DNA from: Aquificales bacterium
GTDB taxonomy: Bacteria > Aquificota > Aquificia > Aquificales > QOAS01
Direction: 5' to 3'
NCBI GenBank assembly: GCA_027036735.1
Contig: JALWDU010000107.1
Location: 1,037-65,036, forward strand
DNA: 64,000 bases
This document shows positions 17,541 through 26,980 of this stretch, piece by piece. Positions within the stretch are counted from its first letter, which is position 1. Every line of letters starts with the position of its first letter. Below the pieces are notes generated by a model. That model saw nothing but the letters and a program-made list of their open reading frames with translations, was not told the DNA's origin and made no database searches. Both the position numbers and the translations under genes were made by a program.

Positions 17541-18797
17541 TTAAAGTTTCACCCTAACGATTTCACCCCTTTTGTGTTTCCCATCGTCGGGAAGGGTTAT
17601 GTAGTTTTCCGTTAGGAGCTGTCCGTTTCCCAAAACCAACGCGCGGAGGGTTTTACCTTTCATCTTCTCCCTAAATTGGGGTCTCTTCCTTTGGTCTAAC
17701 GCCTTTAGGAGTTTTACCCTCTCTTTGATAACCTGCGGGGGGACTTTGGGCTTTAGCTTCGAAGCCTTCGTAAAGGGGCGGTCGGAATAGGGAAAGATAT
17801 GCATATAGGCAAAGGGCATTTCCTCCGCGAAGCGGAGGGTTTCCTCAAAGTCTTTATCGCTCTCTGTGGGAAAGCCCGCAATAATGTCGGTGCCTATCGC
17901 CGTTTCGGGGCGGCGTCTAACGATTTCCAAAACCTTTTCGGCATACTCCTCCCGCGTGTAGCTCCGGCGCATCAGCTCCAAGATGCGGTTGCTCCCGCTC
18001 TGGAGCGATAGGTGAAAGTGGGGCGCTATTTTTGGAGAGGTAGTTATTAACTCCAATAGGTCTTTATCCATTTCCGCCACCGACATAGAGGAGAGGCGGA
18101 AGTATTCGATACCCTCTATTTGGAGAAGTCTTTCGAGCAACCCGAGGAGGTTTGTTCCGTCTCTCAAATCCCACCCGTATTGGGAAAGTTGGGTTCCCGT
18201 TAGGACTACCTCCTTGTAGCCGGCATCGGCGAGCCTCTTTACAGCCTCGACAACCCTATCGGGGGGAACGCTTCTAACCTTTCCCCTCGCGTAGGGAATG
18301 ACACAGAAGGTGCAAAAGGAGTTGCAACCCTCCTGAACCTTCAAAAAGGGTCGGGTGTGTTCGAATGACACAACGAGGTCGAAATTTTTAACCTCCCCTT
18401 CGCGGAATATTTCACCGACAAAAACCCTTCCGGGGTGTTTTCTCTCGAGGTACTCCTCCACCAGTTTGAGGATTTCGCCCTTATGGGTGTTTCCCACCAC
18501 GAGGTCAACCTCTTTGAGGGATGCGAGCTCTTGGGGACTGACCTGCGCGTAGCAACCGGTTGCGACCACCACGGCGCTTGGGTTTTGACGCTTTGCGCGG
18601 TAGATATATTTTCGGCTGTCGCGGTCTGCCCCCTTTGTAACGGTGCAGGTGTTTACCACGTATATATCCGCCCTCTCCCCGAAGGGGACTTCCCTATAAC
18701 CCTTTAGGAGAAACTGGGAGCGGATAAAGTCGGTGTCGAATTGGTTCATACGGCATCCGAGGGTTGCGAACGCCACAGACGGTTTTTCCCTTCCCAC
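17541..18797 (-). CDS. mtaB: tRNA t6A37 methylthiotransferase (MiaB-like radical SAM, MtaB type)
   Basis: TLGCRMNQ...VNTCTVT N-terminal cluster, radical-SAM CNSFCTFCVIP and a C-terminal TRAM-like region. Confidence 0.8.
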   Translation of the reverse strand: MGREKPSVAFATLGCRMNQFDTDFIRSQFLLKGYREVPFGERADIYVVNTCTVTKGADRDSRKYIYRAKRQNPSAVVVATGCYAQVSPQELASLKEVDLVVGNTHKGEILKLVEEYLERKHPGRVFVGEIFREGEVKNFDLVVSFEHTRPFLKVQEGCNSFCTFCVIPYARGKVRSVPPDRVVEAVKRLADAGYKEVVLTGTQLSQYGWDLRDGTNLLGLLERLLQIEGIEYFRLSSMSVAEMDKDLLELITTSPKIAPHFHLSLQSGSNRILELMRRSYTREEYAEKVLEIVRRRPETAIGTDIIAGFPTESDKDFEETLRFAEEMPFAYMHIFPYSDRPFTKASKLKPKVPPQVIKERVKLLKALDQRKRPQFREKMKGKTLRALVLGNGQLLTENYITLPDDGKHKRGEIVRVKL

Positions 18798-18851
18798 AAC
18801 TGGGTAAAAGTTAAGGTAGTTCCCAAAAAGGGTTTATGAATTGCATTCGGA

Positions 18852-18869
18852 AACCTTCGAAGGTTGACA
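18852..18869 (+). promoter_or_regulatory. Perfect 14-bp palindrome AACCTTCGAAGGTT overlapping a TTGACA -35-like box upstream of hsp20
   Basis: Palindrome at 18852-18865 and TTGACA at 18864-18869, about 60 nt upstream of the hsp20 ATG. No convincing -10 was found by eye. Confidence 0.35.
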
Positions 18870-18928
18870 AACCGATTATCAACCCAAGATTTGAAAAATA
18901 AGGAAAAACTCCCCAAGGAGGTCGGGAA

Positions 18929-19375
18929 ATGACCTTGAGGAGATACAACCCCTTTGAGGAAATCCTTAGATTGCAGAGGGAACTCGAAAGGTTGGCTAGG
19001 AGTGCAATAGTCCCCGTTCAGGAGGTCGAAAAGGAGATTGAGGAACGTCTGAAGTTCGTTATGCCGGTAGAGGTTTACGAAACCCCCAACGAGTTTGTCG
19101 TCAAGGTAGAACTTCCCGGGGTGAAGAAGGAGGACGTCGATATCGTCGTAAGGGACAACTACCTCGTTATAAAGGCGGAGAAAAAGGAAGAGGTTGAGGA
19201 GGAGCGTCAACACGTCCACCTTAGGGAGAGGGTATACGGAAAATTCGAAAGGGTCATTCCCCTACCGCCCGATTTGGATACCGACAACGCAAAGGCTTCC
19301 TTTAAGGACGGGGTGTTGGAAATCCGTATACCCAAAAAGGCGGCTACCAAGGAGAAGAAAATAAACATAGAGTGA
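18929..19375 (+). CDS. Small heat shock protein (Hsp20/alpha-crystallin family)
   Basis: 148 aa with an alpha-crystallin domain (VVKVELPGVKKEDVDI ... FERVIPLP ... GVLEIRIPK). Confidence 0.9.
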   Translation: MTLRRYNPFEEILRLQRELERLARSAIVPVQEVEKEIEERLKFVMPVEVYETPNEFVVKVELPGVKKEDVDIVVRDNYLVIKAEKKEEVEEERQHVHLRERVYGKFERVIPLPPDLDTDNAKASFKDGVLEIRIPKKAATKEKKINIE

Positions 19376-19444
19376 TTTTATACCCTCCCTCCGAGGTCTC
19401 TTCCTTGCAAATAACCCTTTCTTGGTATAAAACAATTTAAATTC

Positions 19445-21046
19445 ATGAACTTTGAGGGTTTAGACCTCCTCCCCCTCCCCCTGGCGGTTATAGACGGGGA
19501 TTTGAACGTGGTTTTTGCCAACAAGAGTGCTAAGGGATTGGGCGACCGAAAGGAGGTTCAAAAGTGTTACTCCCTCTTTTTCGGTTTCGACCGCCCGTGC
19601 TGGGAGGTGCCAGGTTACCGCTGTCCCCTGAAGGAGATTTTCGACGAGAAAAAGGACAAGTCTTTAACGGTCAACAATTACCCCTGCGGGGGGAAATTTA
19701 AGAAGTTCCTCGTCGAGACCTTTGCGCTGGGGAACAACCTTTACGCCGAAATGCTCCTGGACTTCGAGGAGATAGAATTCTACGAGGGGGAGGAAAATCC
19801 CCATCACCTCGACAAGGGAAAGATAGTCCGTTTGATACAGGAATACCTCGAGAGGGGGAAGGTCTTCACCCTCAGCCTGATAAATATCAAAAAACTGAAG
19901 GTTATAAACCAGTTTTTCGGCATAGAGGTGGGGGACGCCGTTATACAGGCGATAGAAAAGCTCCTCGACAAATACTCCCAAAAATACGGCTTCTACTTCG
20001 CCGAAATAGCGGGCGGGTATTTCGTCGTCGTCAACGATACACCGCAGGAGGCGGCGTATTCGATAGAGAAGGAGCTTTTCGCCGATATAGACAAACTGCA
20101 GAGGGTTTTTAACCTTCCGGTGAAGCCGAGGATTTCCATAGTTTCGGCGGAGATTACGCCAATCCTCACCGATAGGGCGGAAGATATCATCCGCATCATG
20201 CTCTACGCGGAGAAGATGAGAACCGACGAAGAGGTTCTATTTTTGGATACCGAGAAGTTGAACGAAATTCTGACCACTTTGGGGTTGAAGAGAAAGGTAA
20301 TAGCAACCCTCGAGAGGATTTTAAAGGAGAAGAGGGTCGACATATTCTTCCAGCCGATAGTGCGTTTGGACAGCGGTGAGATAGACTACATCGAGGAACT
20401 CTTAAGGGTAAAGCAGGGGGACGGCTATATACCAATAGGGAGATATATAGACCTCATATACGAGCTCAACCTAACGACGGAATTCAACTTTCAAGTCCTC
20501 GAAAAGTTGAGGGAATACCTCCCCCTCCTAGAGGGGATAAGGAAAACCGTTTTCCTAAACGTGGCGGCTGTAGACCTGAAAAATCAAAAGTTCCAAAAGA
20601 GGTTGCTCGAAACCATAGAACTCTTCAAGGAAAGGGGTATAAACCTATCGCTGGAGATAACGGAGCAAACCCTTTTGGAGGAGATAGACTTTCTTAAATT
20701 CCTCCACGAGACCAAAGATTTGAAGTTTGCAATAGACGACTTCGGAACCGGTTACTCCTCCCTTAAGTTGGTCATAGACCTAATCTCCCAAGGGGTGGTG
20801 GACATACTCAAATTGGACTGCTCCCTCGTCAGGAGCTATTTCGAAAATCCACGCGCGAGGGCTTTAATCCAATCGGTGGTTGGCTTTACCCGACTGCTCG
20901 GTTTGGAGACCGTTGCCGAGTGCGTCGAGACCAAGGAGCAGGCGGAGGCGCTAAAGGGGCTGGGCGTTACCCACGCGCAGGGTTGGTATTTCTACAAACC
21001 CATGCCGGTTGAGAGGTTGGTCGAAATCGTCCGCAAAGGGGGTTGA
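19445..21046 (+). CDS. c-di-GMP phosphodiesterase: Cys-rich N-terminal sensor + degenerate GGDEF + EAL domain
   Basis: EAL-domain residues FFQPIV, EELLR, LEITE, DDFGTGYSSL, KLD, ECVET and QGW. The GGDEF position reads AGGYF. Confidence 0.75.
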   Translation: MNFEGLDLLPLPLAVIDGDLNVVFANKSAKGLGDRKEVQKCYSLFFGFDRPCWEVPGYRCPLKEIFDEKKDKSLTVNNYPCGGKFKKFLVETFALGNNLYAEMLLDFEEIEFYEGEENPHHLDKGKIVRLIQEYLERGKVFTLSLINIKKLKVINQFFGIEVGDAVIQAIEKLLDKYSQKYGFYFAEIAGGYFVVVNDTPQEAAYSIEKELFADIDKLQRVFNLPVKPRISIVSAEITPILTDRAEDIIRIMLYAEKMRTDEEVLFLDTEKLNEILTTLGLKRKVIATLERILKEKRVDIFFQPIVRLDSGEIDYIEELLRVKQGDGYIPIGRYIDLIYELNLTTEFNFQVLEKLREYLPLLEGIRKTVFLNVAAVDLKNQKFQKRLLETIELFKERGINLSLEITEQTLLEEIDFLKFLHETKDLKFAIDDFGTGYSSLKLVIDLISQGVVDILKLDCSLVRSYFENPRARALIQSVVGFTRLLGLETVAECVETKEQAEALKGLGVTHAQGWYFYKPMPVERLVEIVRKGG

Positions 21047-21096
21047 TATTACCTTTTCCTTATATGTTTATCTACCCCCTATATTTCTAACCCATT

Positions 21097-21867
21097 ATGA
21101 GGAGGTTTTTCGGTTCCTTACTCCTAACGGTGGGTATGTCTTTCGCCCACTTTCTGGTCGTTAAACCGGACTCCGACATCGTGAGGAAGCCCGTTATAAA
21201 GGTGGAAAGCGAATTCACCCATCCCGCCGAGGGTTATCCGGCTATGCACTACCAAATCGAGAGGAGCGGGGTATTCGTAAACGGGCGTATATACCCGATA
21301 GAGTGGCAAAAGGGTTATATCCCGGCGGAGCCGGGGAGCGATTTAAAGGTTGAAAAATATACGGCTACCGTCCGCCTCCACGGTCCCGGCGTCTATCAGA
21401 TTTTCGTCGAGCAAAAACCCTACTTCGAACCGACGGAAGAGCAGTTTATCCAACAGATAGCCAAGGTCTATGTGAGCGCCTTCGGCTGGGAGGAGGGCTG
21501 GAGAAAACCGATAGGCTTGCCGGTCGAGATAGTTCCGCTAACGCGCCCCTTCGGTCTTTGGGAGGGTAACACCTTCGTAGGACAGGTGCTAAAGAACGGG
21601 AAACCGGTTCCCTACGCGAGGGTGGAAATCGAGTATTACAACTCAAAAGGCGTTAAATACCCGAATGAACTCCTCTACACGCAGGTTGTAAAGACCGACC
21701 AAAACGGGGTATTTATCTACACCGTTCCCTGGAGCGGTTGGTGGGGATTTGCCGCAATAACGCACAGTGGAGAAGTAAAAAACCCCTCCGACGGGAAGGA
21801 ATACCCCCTCGAATTGGATGCCGTCGTTTGGATATACGCCTATCCGAAACCTCAAGGGGTGAAGTGA
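21097..21867 (+). CDS. DUF4198-type periplasmic protein (Ni/Co uptake-associated)
   Basis: Signal peptide followed by AHFLVVKP, typical of DUF4198. Placed immediately upstream of cbiM. Confidence 0.55.
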   Translation: MRRFFGSLLLTVGMSFAHFLVVKPDSDIVRKPVIKVESEFTHPAEGYPAMHYQIERSGVFVNGRIYPIEWQKGYIPAEPGSDLKVEKYTATVRLHGPGVYQIFVEQKPYFEPTEEQFIQQIAKVYVSAFGWEEGWRKPIGLPVEIVPLTRPFGLWEGNTFVGQVLKNGKPVPYARVEIEYYNSKGVKYPNELLYTQVVKTDQNGVFIYTVPWSGWWGFAAITHSGEVKNPSDGKEYPLELDAVVWIYAYPKPQGVK

Positions 21868-21868
21868 T

Positions 21869-22489
21869 ATGCATATCTCCGAAGGTGTTTTGCCGACTTG
21901 GGAAATAGTCACCGGGTGGGCTCTGACCCTTCCGGCGGTAGCCTACGGCGTTAAAAAACTCGAAGGGGAAAAGCTCGTTTTAACCGCCCTCCTGACCGCC
22001 CTATTCTTCGTAGCCTCCTTGGTGCACGTGCCGGTCGGGGTGGGTAGCGCCCATCTGCTCTTTAACGGTCTTATCGGCTTGCTACTCTGCGAGGCTACCT
22101 TTCCCGCCCTATTTGTCGGGCTATTCCTCCAGGCGGTGCTGTTTCAATTCGGAGGATTGGGTGTTTTGGGGGTGAATACTTTCAACATGGCTTTTCCGGC
22201 AATCGTGGCTTGTCTGCTCTTTAGGAGGTGGATACTCTCCGATGGGTGGAAATTTTACGCGGGGGCTTTTTTGAGCGCCTTTGTCGCGATATTGGGGGCG
22301 GGGCTTTTGGTCGCGCTGGAGCTTGCCCTCGCCGGCGAGAGATTTCTAACCGACGCGAAGCTAATATTTTTGATGCACATACCGATAGCAACCGTCGAGG
22401 GTATCGTTTACATCTTCGCCCTGAAGTTTATTAGGAGGGTATACCCCCAATTGCTGGAGGATATCGGAAACCGCGGGGGTAGCCTTTAA
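21869..22489 (+). CDS. cbiM: Cobalt/nickel ECF-type transporter substrate component CbiM/NikM
   Basis: N-terminus MHISEGVLP (metal-binding Met-His N-terminus), 206-aa polytopic protein. Confidence 0.7.
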   Translation: MHISEGVLPTWEIVTGWALTLPAVAYGVKKLEGEKLVLTALLTALFFVASLVHVPVGVGSAHLLFNGLIGLLLCEATFPALFVGLFLQAVLFQFGGLGVLGVNTFNMAFPAIVACLLFRRWILSDGWKFYAGAFLSAFVAILGAGLLVALELALAGERFLTDAKLIFLMHIPIATVEGIVYIFALKFIRRVYPQLLEDIGNRGGSL

Positions 22490-22494
22490 TCCCT

Positions 22495-23937
22495 ATGAGA
22501 CCCCTTTTGGTCTATAAAGTCGTTTCAACCCTACTTTTGGCGCTCTCGTTATCCCTTTTACTCCCCTTGGGGTATTCGCTCTATATAGGCGACGGCTGTT
22601 GGAGGGACTTCCTCCTCCCCCTTTTGGCGGTGGTTCTTATAACCCTTCCCTCTTTAAGGATACCCTTCGAAGACCTAAACCTGAAGGAGGCTCTCCTTTC
22701 GGTAACCCTCGTGTGGTTTCTCTTTCCCGCCGTGGTGGCTTCGGTCTACATTCTCGGCGCCCACATAAAAGACCCCGTAAACGCCTATTTCGAATCGGTT
22801 TCCGGTTTCACCACCACGGGGGCGACCATTCTCAACAATATAGAGGCTCTCCCTTCCTCGGTTTTGCTTTGGCGCTCCCTCACGCAGTGGCTGGGCGGTC
22901 TGGGGTTTATAGTCTTCTCCTTTTCCGTTTTGCCCTTCATTAGAGTCTCCTACCACCTGATAAAGTTCGAGTCCTCGAAGCTGGTTGAGGAAAGGGTTTC
23001 CCCCAACATAGGCGAGGTTGTAAGGACGGTATTGCTCGTTTACCTACTCCTGACGGTAGCCGAAACGGTCTTACTCCGCCTTGCGGGTATGGACTGGTAT
23101 CAGGCACTGAACCACACCTTTGCAACTATTTCAACCGGCGGTTTTTCTCCCAAAAACGAGAGCGTTGCCGCCTTTCACTCCTTCGCCGTCGAACTGGTTA
23201 TAGCCACCTTTATGCTCCTGGGTTCGCTAAACCTCGCCGTATACTACCGCTCCTTTAAAGAGAGAAACCCCCTAAAGGTCTTGACCTACTTCGAGACGAA
23301 ATCGCTCCTGGCTCTAACCCTTATAGGGGTTTTGGCAATTACCTACGACCTTTGGAGGAACCACCTATATCCAAACCTCTTTGAGGATTTCAGATACGCG
23401 CTCTTCCAAACGGTGAGTGCGGTAACCACAACCGGCTTTGCGAGTGACGATTTCAACAAATATCCACCCTTTGCGGTTGCGGTGATGTTTTTCCTAACCC
23501 TCATAGGCGGTTCCGCCGGTTCGACCGCGGGTGGGATAAAGCAGATTAGATTTATTCTCCTCCTAAAGGTGCTGAAGGGAGAGATAAAGAAAACCCTCCA
23601 CCCGCGGTTGGTTTTGAGGTATTCCCTCGGCGGGAAGGTGGTCGATATAAATTTCCTCTACGGGGTTTTGGCATTCGGATTTATCTATATGACCACTTTG
23701 GCGGTGTTCGGAATACTTCTGACCATCGGCGGGCACGATTTGGTGACCTCCTTTTCCGCCTCAATAGCCTGCCTCACCTCCTTCGGACCCGGCTTGGGAG
23801 AGGTGGGACCCATGGATAACTTCAACGTCTTCGCCGACTGGCAAAAACTCCTGCTCTCCCTGGAGATGATTATGGGGAGGCTCGAAATCCTCCCCGTGGT
23901 GGCCGTCGTCTACGCCCTGCTATTCGATAGGTTTTAA
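22495..23937 (+). CDS. trkH: TrkH family potassium uptake protein
   Basis: 480 aa, polytopic, with repeated selectivity-filter-like TTTG/STGG motifs (GFTTTGAT, ISTGGFS, TTTGFAS, GSTAGG). Confidence 0.85.
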   Translation: MRPLLVYKVVSTLLLALSLSLLLPLGYSLYIGDGCWRDFLLPLLAVVLITLPSLRIPFEDLNLKEALLSVTLVWFLFPAVVASVYILGAHIKDPVNAYFESVSGFTTTGATILNNIEALPSSVLLWRSLTQWLGGLGFIVFSFSVLPFIRVSYHLIKFESSKLVEERVSPNIGEVVRTVLLVYLLLTVAETVLLRLAGMDWYQALNHTFATISTGGFSPKNESVAAFHSFAVELVIATFMLLGSLNLAVYYRSFKERNPLKVLTYFETKSLLALTLIGVLAITYDLWRNHLYPNLFEDFRYALFQTVSAVTTTGFASDDFNKYPPFAVAVMFFLTLIGGSAGSTAGGIKQIRFILLLKVLKGEIKKTLHPRLVLRYSLGGKVVDINFLYGVLAFGFIYMTTLAVFGILLTIGGHDLVTSFSASIACLTSFGPGLGEVGPMDNFNVFADWQKLLLSLEMIMGRLEILPVVAVVYALLFDRF

Positions 23938-25157
23938 AAATTGCCCCCTTCGGGGGTTTTCCCATACCCCAAAGCCAAAGATGCGAATAGAGCGCTCCCT
24001 AAGGGAAGAATATCCTCGTCCACGTCGAAGTGGGCGCTGTGGAGGGGATAGACCAAACCCTTTTCCTCGTTTCTCGTTCCGAGTCTTATGTAACTTCCGG
24101 GAACCTTTTTGAGGTAATAGGCGAAATCCTCACCTCCCATACTCGGTTCGGTCAGTTCTATTAACCTATCCTCTCCGAGGAGTTTTTTAACCACCTCCCT
24201 CACGTAGCGGGTTGCATTTTTATCGTTTATCACCGGCGGGTAGCCGTGTATGTATTCGAAGCGGTATTCGCCCCCGTAGACCTCCGCTATACCCTTTAAC
24301 GCCCTCTCCATCCAATCGGCTATCTTGTCGCGCACAGCCTCGTTGAAGGTTCTAACCGTCCCCTCCATTTTGACCTCGTCCGGTATCTGGTTGGGGGCGT
24401 ATCCGCCCTCAATCTTTCCTATAGTGACGACCGCCGGGTGGAGGGGGTTGACCTTGCGGCTGACGATGTGGTGTATGGAGTTGATAGCCTGCGCCGCCAT
24501 TAAGATGGGGTCAACGCCCATGTGGGGCTTGGAGGCGTGAGCCGATTTGCCGATAAGCTCAACTTTGAAGAAGTCCGCCGCCGCCATCATAGCCCCTTCC
24601 TTTACCCCCACGGTGCCGGACGGGATTTCGGGATAGACGTGCATACCGAAAATTACCCCGAGGTCGTCGCAAACCCCCGCCTCCACCAAGGCACGTGCCC
24701 CGCTACAGGGGGGGTATTCTTCGCACGATTGGAATATGAGCTTCACATCGCGGGGTAGTTTGTCTCGCAATTGGTTCAAAATTTTCGCCGCACCCAAAAG
24801 CATCGCCGTGTGGGCGTCGTGTCCGCAGGCGTGCATAACCCCGGGAACGCGCGATTTGTAGGGAACGTCGTTTTTCTCCTCTATGGGGAGGGCGTCTATA
24901 TCGGCGCGCAAGCCTACAGCCTTTCCGTCGGAGGGGTTTTCAGCCCTTATGTAGGCGACCACCGAGGTAGTCCCGCCGAAGGCGGGGTATATCTCCTCTA
25001 TACCGAACTCTTTTAATCTCTCGACGATAAACTCGGCGGTCTTATACTCCTTTCCCGAAAGTTCGGGATACATATGGATATGCTTTCTCCAGGCGATAAT
25101 CTCCTCTTTGAATTCCTCCGCAAGGAATTTAACCTCTTCAAAACCGCTTTGGGTCAT
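23934..25157 (-). CDS. M20D family amidohydrolase (N-acyl-L-amino acid amidohydrolase type)
   Basis: MHACGHDAH metal-binding block, and the 407-aa length fits the family. Confidence 0.8.
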   Translation of the reverse strand: MTQSGFEEVKFLAEEFKEEIIAWRKHIHMYPELSGKEYKTAEFIVERLKEFGIEEIYPAFGGTTSVVAYIRAENPSDGKAVGLRADIDALPIEEKNDVPYKSRVPGVMHACGHDAHTAMLLGAAKILNQLRDKLPRDVKLIFQSCEEYPPCSGARALVEAGVCDDLGVIFGMHVYPEIPSGTVGVKEGAMMAAADFFKVELIGKSAHASKPHMGVDPILMAAQAINSIHHIVSRKVNPLHPAVVTIGKIEGGYAPNQIPDEVKMEGTVRTFNEAVRDKIADWMERALKGIAEVYGGEYRFEYIHGYPPVINDKNATRYVREVVKKLLGEDRLIELTEPSMGGEDFAYYLKKVPGSYIRLGTRNEEKGLVYPLHSAHFDVDEDILPLGSALFASLALGYGKTPEGGNF

Positions 25158-25217
25158 AAGTTAATTAGAAAACCCTTAAAGGATTGGGGAGCTTATGAGA
25201 ATTACCCCAAAGGAGTC

Positions 25218-25689
25218 CTATTTATCCCTTAAAAGTTTCTCTTCCTTGAGCCACTTTTTAACCTTTTCGGGGGAAACCTTTAAAATCTCCGCTATTTTTT
25301 CGGGAGACTAGCGGGTGGCTTTGTAGAGGTTTATAACGTCTTCACGGGCTTTTTTTTCCATTCCTTGCAGAAATAAGGGGTCTTTTTCGAGGTCGATGGT
25401 AATAGGCATTTTTTGAACCTCCCTATGGGGGATATTTAAGCGCTCGGTGTGGAATTTTTCTGTAGTTTTCCAAAATAAGGAGGTGGTGATAAAGCATTCT
25501 TAGACCCATTTTGAGGTCGTCGGTCGCTTGCAACTCCAAGTGGTAAATCTCTCCCTTATGTTCCGCAATAAGGTCGGCTTCCCTTTCGAACAACTTGGGG
25601 AGTTTTACGTCCAAAAACCTTGCCTCTTTGGGGTCTAAGGTTTGGTTAAATACTACCCCTAAAAAGTTAACTGGAATATCTTTTATCAA
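25218..25689 (-). pseudogene. Remnant of an Rpn/YhgA-like PD-(D/E)XK nuclease ('putative transposase') gene
   Basis: The 88-aa fragment (25423-25689) has the READLIAEHKGEIYHLELQATDD...RMLYH nuclease core. A second fragment from CAT 25407-25409 (MPITIDLEKDPLFLQGMEKKAREDVINLYKATR*SPEKIAEILKVSPEKVKKWL) carries an in-frame TAG at 25308-25310. The total is far shorter than the usual ~300 aa. Confidence 0.6.
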
Positions 25690-25694
25690 CCTCC

Positions 25695-26654
25695 TTAAGG
25701 GAAATGTCCATTTTCCAAGTGGTCGAAACCTTCGATATCCAACCTCCTCCCGTCGGCGGTGTATATCTCTCCTCTCCCCTCGGAGGTTATCCTTCCCACC
25801 TCGGTAAACCCGTAAGGGGTTAGGTCTATATCGGACGCCACGAGGAGCTGATAATCCTCCCCACCCCTTAGGGCGTATTCAATTGGGTCTTTTCCTCTTT
25901 CGGCGCAATACTTTTTCAGTTCCTCCGAGAGGGGTATCCTTTCCAAATCGACCACCACGGTGAAATTTTTGACCATCTTCCCCAGGTCGGCTAAAAAGCC
26001 GTCGCTTATATCCATGGAGGCGTTGGCGTATTTTTCCACCACGGAGGACAAATCCAAGCGCGCCACCGGTCGGAGGTGTCTCTCTATCAGTCTCCACTCG
26101 TGGGGTTTGTAGTCCCTTTTGTCCTCCAGGAGGAGTTCCAAACCCGCCCTGCTATCGCCTAAAGTGCCGCTTACAAATATTTTGTTCCCCACCTTTGGGG
26201 TATCCCTAAAGATAACCCTTTTAGCCTCACCCACGAGGGGGAAATCCAAACAGATTTTCTCCCCCTTTGTGGTGTTTCCGCCTACGAGGGCAAACCGGTA
26301 GCGGTTTAGGGCTTCGTTTATACCCCTGTAGAGGTCTCTAACGTATTCGACCTCCAAGTCGGTTGGAAGGGAGAGGGTGATAAGCCCCCACAGGGGTTTT
26401 CCGCCTTTTGCGGCTATGTCGCTCACATTCACCGAAACGAGCTTCCAGCCGACCGCATCGGGGGGATAGCGGCGCAGGAAATGGACATTCTCGACCAGGG
26501 TATCCACCGTAAGGAGCAGTATCTTTTCTCCAGACCTTACGAAGGCGGTATCGTCCCCGAAGTCCCTAATTAGGGAAGGGTCGTTATTTTTAATCTCCCT
26601 CGTGAGGAGCGCTATAAGACCGAACTCTCCAAGGTCGGAAACCCTTTTTCCCAT
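25695..26654 (-). CDS. thiL: Thiamine-monophosphate kinase
   Basis: LGEFGLI, GDDTAF and LLLTVDTLVENVHF N-terminal motifs. 319 aa. Confidence 0.85.
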   Translation of the reverse strand: MGKRVSDLGEFGLIALLTREIKNNDPSLIRDFGDDTAFVRSGEKILLLTVDTLVENVHFLRRYPPDAVGWKLVSVNVSDIAAKGGKPLWGLITLSLPTDLEVEYVRDLYRGINEALNRYRFALVGGNTTKGEKICLDFPLVGEAKRVIFRDTPKVGNKIFVSGTLGDSRAGLELLLEDKRDYKPHEWRLIERHLRPVARLDLSSVVEKYANASMDISDGFLADLGKMVKNFTVVVDLERIPLSEELKKYCAERGKDPIEYALRGGEDYQLLVASDIDLTPYGFTEVGRITSEGRGEIYTADGRRLDIEGFDHLENGHFP

Positions 26655-26689
26655 TTAGGGGTGATGATAAGGGAGAGACCGCAAAGGGG

Positions 26690-26938
26690 TTACAGTCTGT
26701 AAATTATCCTTCCCCTCGTCAGGTCGTAGGGGGTGAGTTCCACCTTCACGCGGTCGCCGGGAACAATTCTTATGAAGTGAACCCTCATCTTTCCCGAGAG
26801 GTGCGCCAAAACCTCGTGACCGGTATCCAGCTTTACCCTAAAGAGACCGTTGGGGAGCGCTTCGGTAACCTCGCCCTCCATAACGATACCGGTTTCCTTT
26901 TTGTGTTCGTCCTGTTTTTTCTTTTTCCTACCCATCAA
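26690..26938 (-). CDS. infA: Translation initiation factor IF-1 (with short Lys-rich N-terminal extension)
   Basis: [63 protein letters not shown] is a canonical IF-1 S1 domain. Confidence 0.9.
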   Translation of the reverse strand: MMGRKKKKQDEHKKETGIVMEGEVTEALPNGLFRVKLDTGHEVLAHLSGKMRVHFIRIVPGDRVKVELTPYDLTRGRIIYRL

Positions 26939-26980
26939 GGTTTAATTAAGTTTAAAGGAGTTTTCTTGACAAGGGAAATC

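Noticed and set aside
18852-18865. The hsp20 palindrome as a HAIR (HspR) or CIRCE (HrcA) element
   Set aside because: The sequence AACCTTCGAAGGTT does not match either consensus as I recall them. It is reported only as an unassigned candidate operator.
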